A stretch of DNA of 64,000 bases. Source: Octopus vulgaris (lineage: Eukaryota). The DNA is taken from positions 28,768,001-28,832,000 of the forward strand of contig OX597831.1 of NCBI GenBank assembly GCA_951406725.2, in the 5' to 3' direction. The notes under the pieces were generated by a model, which worked only from the letters and a program-made list of their open reading frames with translations, was not told where the DNA came from and ran no database searches. Shown here piece after piece: positions 56,904 through 64,000 of this stretch; positions within the stretch are counted from its first letter, which is position 1; each line of letters begins with the position of its first letter. Both the position numbers and the translations under genes were made by a program.

Positions 56904-57822
56904 TTGGGGCATCCCATAAATAATGCGGGTTTTTATACCTTTATTTTTTAAAATTAAGATAAACAAAGTTCTGTTTTTAACCTAAAATATACACTCCTTC
57001 GTTTTCTACAATGCTCTTCCATCTATCTGGTAGATTTGCAGGGCCCCTCTTTCAAAATTCACTTGTCCGTGACGAAAAGTACTTCTCCAGTACTGTTCTG
57101 ACCTCGTCTACAGAATTCATATTTTTTCCGTCCAAATGATTTTGAAGACTGCGGAATAAATGATATTCAGATGGGGCAATGTCCGGCGAATATGGTGGCT
57201 GGAGCATCGTTTCTCATTTAAGCCGCTCTCGCCTTTGGGATGTCATCCTCGCGGTATGTGGCCGAGCATTATCCTGTTGGAAGAACACCTTTCATCTTGA
57301 AACTAAAGATGATTGTTTTTCTTCTAGCATTGACTTGAATGACTGGTTGAATGACCAAATCCAAGCTTCTTACTAGTACCTCAGCAATTACGTTGGGATT
57401 TTGTTCCACCAGGATTTGCAGGACATCCTTGTCAATCTCTACAGATCTTCCAGGACGAACCTTTCTTCTAGGCTGTAGTTTCTGGCTCGGAATTTCTGGA
57501 ACCACCGTTGACACTGGCTTACGCTTACTGTCCGATCCCCATATACTGCATTCATATTCCTCGCACTTTCCGTTCCGTTGTTGCCTTTATTGAACTCATA
57601 AAGCAAAATATGCTGAATATGCTCCTTTGTCACTTCTATTATAGCTTTGAAAAAAATAACAGTTAAAATCGAACTGCACTCTTCAAAACTTGCACTAAGA
57701 ATAAGTACAAGGTAAAATTACTACCTGGTTTTATAGCAAGTTGATGCAGGTAGTTTATCCTGTCCCCATCCGTCTTTTAGTTCATGCGACTGAAAAGACC
57801 GCATTATTTATGGGATGATCTA

Positions 57823-57823
<1 letters not shown>
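56904..57823 (-). mobile_element. Internally deleted mariner transposon (920 bp) with TIRs and TA TSD
   Basis: TA|ttggggcatcccataaataatgcgg ... ccgcattatttatgggatgatctaa|TA; transposase remnants HILLYEFNKG...VYGDRTVSVSQCQRWFQKFR, VFFQQDNARPHT and PPYSPDIAPSEYHLFRSLQNHL; the central WVPH/first-Asp region is missing. Confidence 0.92.
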
Positions 57824-57856
<33 letters not shown>

Positions 57857-58094
57857 CCCAGCTAAGTGTGGGTCTCGGAGTAATCTGTCACCTTTCATAT
57901 TCTATATACCTCTCCATTCTACCCACAGCATTGAGTTCTATAGCAGATAATGTCATAATGTCTGCATTGTGTATAATATATTATTGATGTATTTTACTAC
58001 TGCTACCGTTACTTTACTACACGTGTGTATGTGTGTGTATATATATATCTAAATACATATATATATATATATATATATATACATACATGCAAAC

Positions 58095-58125
<31 letters not shown>

Positions 58126-58905
58126 CGTGCGTGTTCGTATGTATACCTGAATGAATATATGTGCGAGTGGGTAAATAATGAGAAAAACTGAAGAGGAAAG
58201 TAAAGATAGAAAGAAAAATGGAGAAACAAAAAGGAAGAAAAAAAGGAAAATGGAGAAATAAGAAGAAAGAAAGAAAGTAAGAAAGAAAGAGAGTTAGAGA
58301 TATAGTTAGGTAGTATTGAGATATAAATCTGCGAAAGTGAGAGCTGTAGAAAACTGCCTGAGATTCGAAGGTGTTGAGAGAATAATAAAATGATAAAGAA
58401 GATATAGAATTCTCTAGTATATTTTATTATCTTTGGCAATAATGTTCAACTAGAATAACTTCCTGTCGTAAATTTACATTAACGGGCTTTTACCAGTTTT
58501 CTGGTAAACTTGCCAAAGTCAGGAGGTTGATGGTTATGATATATTTAGTGTTTTGTGGTTACGAAGTTTTATTTACCTCCATTATTCCGTTTCGAGTTTT
58601 ATCTCCGTTCGTGGGACTTTCCACATGTGTTGTTTACCTCAGATTTTCCAATAAATTATGAATGAAATCTGGTTGACAGAAACTATGCAACGGAATGTAA
58701 AAAAAAAACAACTTTCAGAAATAATAATGGTTTATTAGGGCAGAAGGTTGTGAACTTTTCCCGTATCGAAGTCCGATAAGCATTTCGATCGAGCCCCCAA
58801 AGAGTTAACACGGGACCCCCCTAAGGACAATGTAGACTTCATACAATCAAAGTATTATTGGTCTGACGAGTAGCTTACGGTCTAACCCTCGTTTGGATAA
58901 TTTAT

Positions 58906-58956
<51 letters not shown>

Positions 58957-59187
58957 GTATAATAAGGGATGACCACTAAGTGGACATCCAAAATGCTAGA
59001 TCTCCTACGATCTAACCACAAAGAAAAGAATGTTCTCTGGAGGAATTCAGCAAACACCAGAACATATGCGGGTATTATACGCATGTAATACAATTTTTCT
59101 GAATTTTCAGATTTTTCAATATGCTAGGCTACTGGTTTTAAATTGATATTAATTAAATTAATATTCAATTTATCACCCTCATTAGTT

Positions 59188-59257
<70 letters not shown>

Positions 59258-59276
59258 GGAGTAAACACATAAATGT

Positions 59277-59322
59277 TGTCCGACGAACGGGAACGTGAAA
59301 CTCAGAGTAACAGGTTTTGTTG
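59277..59322 (+). ncRNA. Second copy of the U4C minimal hammerhead motif, with the 5' side of stem I truncated
   Basis: tgt-CCGACGA-ACG-GGAA-CGT-GAAAC-tcaga-GTA-acaggttttgtt, near-identical to 6901-6945. Confidence 0.65.
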
Positions 59323-59347
59323 AATTTTTCTGCTGCTTTTGAATAAA

Positions 59348-59398
<51 letters not shown>

Positions 59399-60768
59399 CT
59401 TTCAAGCTGCTTAATTCACAGTAAATATTTTATTGGTCCCTTTAGAATAGATATGCACCATTTTGAGATGAATTGATATGCTTTATTGAACATGTTTGTT
59501 TACGCACTTATGTAATCATGTGGGTCCGTATATGTACGGTGGTTTTATATATCAATATGTTTATATGTATTCATAGCTATCACCGGTCTATATATCGGTG
59601 AATTATGTATACACTGTGAAAACCTGGTGTTCAGTGAACGAAATCCACCGTCTAACAGGCAGTCCCTTGTCAGCCTCACTGTGAGAAATACAGTGAACGA
59701 CCAAGAATTATTCCGTTGGAAATCAACATGTGATCTCTTTTAAAACAAATACTGGAGTTTGTAAGGAAGTAGGATCCACCCGATTCTCTTCTCTCGGGTA
59801 TATTTTCATTACCCTAGATTTTCTCATTCACATTTGCAACAAAGATCGTTGGTCTACATTGCTGTTGCGGTTGCTTAACTCTAGGTGAGCCCTGATGAAG
59901 CAAACCTGATCAGTGGCATTACACGCATGACAACCCTGCCTTTTTGAGATATTTTATCTAAGGTGTTTTTCATTGCTGAAGACGATGAGGTGAAATTTGA
60001 GGAAGACTTAACTACTGTTCCCAGCATCGAAGTGACCCACTCAGAAGCCTTTTCAGTTGGCTCTGTCGATTTCGTAGTGGAACTTTTTCTCATCTATTTC
60101 AAAGCTTAACTTAATTTGTTTTCAAATGGTATCCAATTCTGCAGTGTAGTATCCGTCCACATTCGTTAATTAACAGTAATTTTTGCTTCTTTCAAATATA
60201 TTGGTTTTGAGACAATAATGTCTAGAACATTTTGGTTCCCTGAAAAATTTGCGTCGGATTACTATCCTTAGATAAATTTAAGACAAAAGTCCCCAGAACT
60301 GAAACATATATCACATTTATTTCACATTTATATCGTTATGAAAAATATTATCCAACAAGCTTTCTTATAGTAAATTTATCTCGCATCATCCTTCATTTCT
60401 TTTGAGAAGGCAGTTTTTGTTTTCTGTGAGATTAACGTCTGATAATCGAGTCTGCAAATATTTTAGATAAAGAAGCAATGTCTAAACTTTTCACACATCG
60501 CTGGATGTAACCCGTTAGTTCTGCTCCATTACATTTTTGGACCGAATCTAAAGTAATTATTTTATTAATGTTTCGGTTGAGCTATGATGTCTTTATTGTC
60601 TACAGAACTTCTTCTAAGATCTATAGACTTAAAACAAGTGGTTCCCATTTAAAGATGATTCTTGTATCTGGGGAGACTTCAGTGTTAATTAATGTATGTG
60701 AACTCCGTTTTAAAGACAATTAGGTCTTTGTTGAGGACGACTTAAATACAAAATGGAAAAGATATAGT

Positions 60769-60826
<58 letters not shown>

Positions 60827-61937
60827 TTAAAAGCGTCCTTCACTTGTTTATTGTAGTCGTACGTTCCTATTTTTAATTACGGTCCGGGTTTATTGAATGG
60901 TATTAAGTTATTACATTGACATGTTAAAGCGAAGTGACTATATAGAAGCCGTTCCCCCTTCGCTGGTTCATGTGATCCCTTTCCTTCTAACGACAATTTA
61001 TAGTTTGCTGCGAAGAGGAATTGGACCCTACATTTAGCAGACCTACTAATTACAAAATTTTATCTGTGGAATATCTTCCACAAGAATAATTCGAAGAATT
61101 CTCTTCTACAATGATTTTCCAGTCGAATTATACCGAATTATCCTTCTTCAACTACGTATGCTTCTCTGCGATGATTTTTACCACAGCTGTATTTCAGATG
61201 GAACCACCGTTCTTCCCTACCCTCCACTTTCATTTCAATAACAGATGCCACGTTTTATCGTATTCATTTTATTGCAATCAAAAGGGTAAAAAAAACCCAC
61301 CTAAATAATTATTTAGTTTTTTAACATTTAACTTCATTTTGTCGATGTTGTTGCTATCGCAGTTGTTGCTATCATCACTCGTGTTCTTCTTGTTGTTGCT
61401 ATCATTATTGCACTTTTGCAGTGTTTATTCAATCATCTTCTGTTTTAAAAACTACCATCCACTTATTTTTCGAAGAAATATAAAAACAAACAAAACTTAA
61501 TTTTTTAACATTTATTTTATTTTGTTTTTTCTTTTGTTCAGTTTTCAATTTAAAAAAAAAACATTAACGACGATTCATTATTAATTTAACCTTTAATTAG
61601 TCTAAAAAAGGTTTTTGTTATTATTTTCTTTGTTATTATTGTTTTGTTTGTTTTTATCTACCTGCGCCTTGACAGAAAGAAACCTTTAATATTCTCTCCC
61701 ATTTCACTAGGCGTTTGGCAGATCACGTGATCGCTAAAGAAGCCAGCATTTTTGCATTTAAGTTCTGAATATGGAAAACGATTATATATATATACATATA
61801 TATATATTATGAGTAAGAGACAATGAAGCCCTTTTGTTGTTGTTGTTTTTTTATCTTCTGTCAAATGCCTCAAGTAGATATAAACATTCACCTGTATTTT
61901 TTTACTCTACCTTTGACGAACACACTCTTTCCAGCAG

Positions 61938-62356
61938 GTAATTTCTCGTGTATCCAAGCAGACTTTCACCTTACGCGGAACCAAGGGTATTTTATCATCC
62001 AGGTCTACATACCAAGTATTTTGATAGTCCTTTTGTCGTGGGTGTCATTCTGGCTGGATGTTGATTCCATTCCAGCGCGCATTTCGTTGGGTGTTCTGAC
62101 CGTTTTGACAATGACAACGCAAAGTTCCGGTGCTCGGGCCTCTTTACCAAGAGTCTCCTACGTGAAAGCTATCGATGTCTGGATGGCTGTCTGTTTAGTT
62201 TTCGTATTCGCTGCCCTCTTGGAATTTGCTTACGTCAATGTTTTGTCGCGTCGCAGATCCTATAGTAGGTCGATCTCTCAGAAGATAACGAAGCGAATCA
62301 TGGACAGACGAAGAACTGAACGTCAAACTGGCGGCGCATCTGCAAAAAATGATATG
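61938..62356 (+). CDS. Internal exon of an anion-selective Cys-loop ligand-gated ion channel subunit (glycine receptor/GluCl-like): end of loop C, M1, M2, M3, start of M3-M4 loop
   Basis: Translation [101 protein letters not shown] matches hallmark GlyR/GluCl motifs (YIPS, SWVSFW, PAR, LTMTTQ, [13 protein letters not shown], ALLEFA). Acceptor ctctttccagcag|GT (phase 1), donor ATG|gtaagt at 62357 (phase 0). The supplied ORF 61823-62533 over-extends into the introns. Confidence 0.95.
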
Positions 62357-62499
62357 GTAAGTATCGCGGAGTTTCCCTCTGCTCTCATCAAAAACCACTT
62401 CCCGCAGAATCCTTGTATTGATTTAGACAATTGCCATATTAATATTATTATTATTATTATTATTTTATCATTATCGTCATCATCATCATCATCATCTAC

Positions 62500-62660
62500 C
62501 CAATCGTTAATGCATCGGCTCTTTACGTTCTGAGTTTAAATTCCGCCGAGGTCCACTTTGCCTTTCATCCTTTCGGGGTCGATAAAATAAGTACCAGTTG
62601 AACACTGGGGGCGAGAGTCGATATAATCGACTTACCACCTCTTGCACCAAAATTTGAAAT
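62500..62660 (+). mobile_element. SINE family A in the intron just after the channel exon
   Basis: tacgttctgagtttaaattccgccgagg...gcctttcatcctttcggggtcgataaaataagtaccag. Confidence 0.85.
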
Positions 62661-63694
62661 CAGTATCATTATCGTCGTCATCATCATCATTATGTTTTTT
62701 ATTTCTTGTATTTACAAACTAATACAATTCAACTTTTCAGAAATCAGAATTTAACTGTTTTGCCTTTCAGCAAAGTTCTATCAAAGGTGGTCACGTGTTG
62801 GGGGTGATATATATATGTATATATATATATATTAAATTGAATCTTGCGCGTATAGGTGTCGCCTGCGTCGCTGGTTGCTATGATAATTCAAATCATCAAC
62901 CTCATCATCATCATCATCATCATCATCATTGCTGATATCATCATCGAATGGTTTTTAATAAAAGGTAAGTCTGGATAAAATCACCGATTGTTAAGACATT
63001 TAGCTGGCCACAGCTGATACAAAGACAATCCTCAGGAGGTGGGAGTAGTCATAATTAATTAAACTCAGGTAAGTTTACGTGGGACCACAGAACAACCTCA
63101 AGGGTTGTAAAAGACAACTCTCACCGAAATGATGTTAGAGAGACACAAAGAATAGAATTCGACTGCACCTGATCGAGCATCTCCGGATCAGAGGTAAGTC
63201 TTTATATCATCCATATTAGTATATTTAATTGTATGAAAAAGGTGGTACAAAAATACAAGGTATCACCAAATTGCTTACAACGAAAGTAAGTTTTATTGCT
63301 CCAGCATTGCCACAACCGATTGGTTGTAATCCTGAATACAAGGGATCGAAGAAGAATTTTGGAATTTTTACCAACGCACTGAAGAAAATCGATTAAATAT
63401 CAGACAAAGAATATCCAAAAATGGGATACAAATATATATACATATATATTATGTATACACATACATTATATATCTGCATATATAATATACACATACCTAT
63501 ATATTTGTATGTATATATGTACACATACAGTTTATTATGTATATGTATATATAATATATACATTTATATATAAATATAAATATGCATATATGTATATTAT
63601 ACATTTATATATGCATATATACATATACACGAATATCGATAAAATATATACATGTATATACATATATATATATATATGTATATGTATGCATATG

Positions 63695-63741
<47 letters not shown>

Positions 63742-63756
63742 ATTTATATATATATG

Positions 63757-63832
<76 letters not shown>

Positions 63833-63901
63833 TCTACAATATATATATATCTATATATATATGTATATATTTCTATGATATATGATATATCGATATATAT
63901 T

Positions 63902-63947
<46 letters not shown>

Positions 63948-64000
63948 TGCATACATTATTATTATTATTATTATTATCATTATGACTATTATTATTAATA

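Noticed and set aside
59890-59920. CTGATGA here, and CTGACGA at ~58863, as hammerhead cores
   Set aside because: No stem II followed by GAAA is present
61823-61937. N-terminal part of ORF 61823-62533, and its tail after 62356
   Set aside because: Intronic read-through; family similarity is bounded by the splice sites

Overview
AT-rich eukaryotic genomic DNA saturated with microsatellites. The SINE families and repeat landscape look like an octopus (coleoid cephalopod) genome; this assignment is inference. The only clear host coding sequence is one 419-bp internal exon (+, 61938-62356) of an anion-selective Cys-loop ligand-gated channel (GlyR/GluCl-like), covering loop C, M1-M3 and the start of the intracellular loop. 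The preceding ~62 kb appears intronic. It holds many tRNA-derived SINEs of three families, three decayed mariner elements, a piggyBac-type MITE, and LINE fragments (RTE, CR1-like and two restriction-like-endonuclease types). It also contains several short Penelope-type remnants carrying minimal hammerhead-ribozyme folds, some with non-canonical cores, plus long fold-back structures. Nearly all ORFs in the supplied track are microsatellite artefacts.
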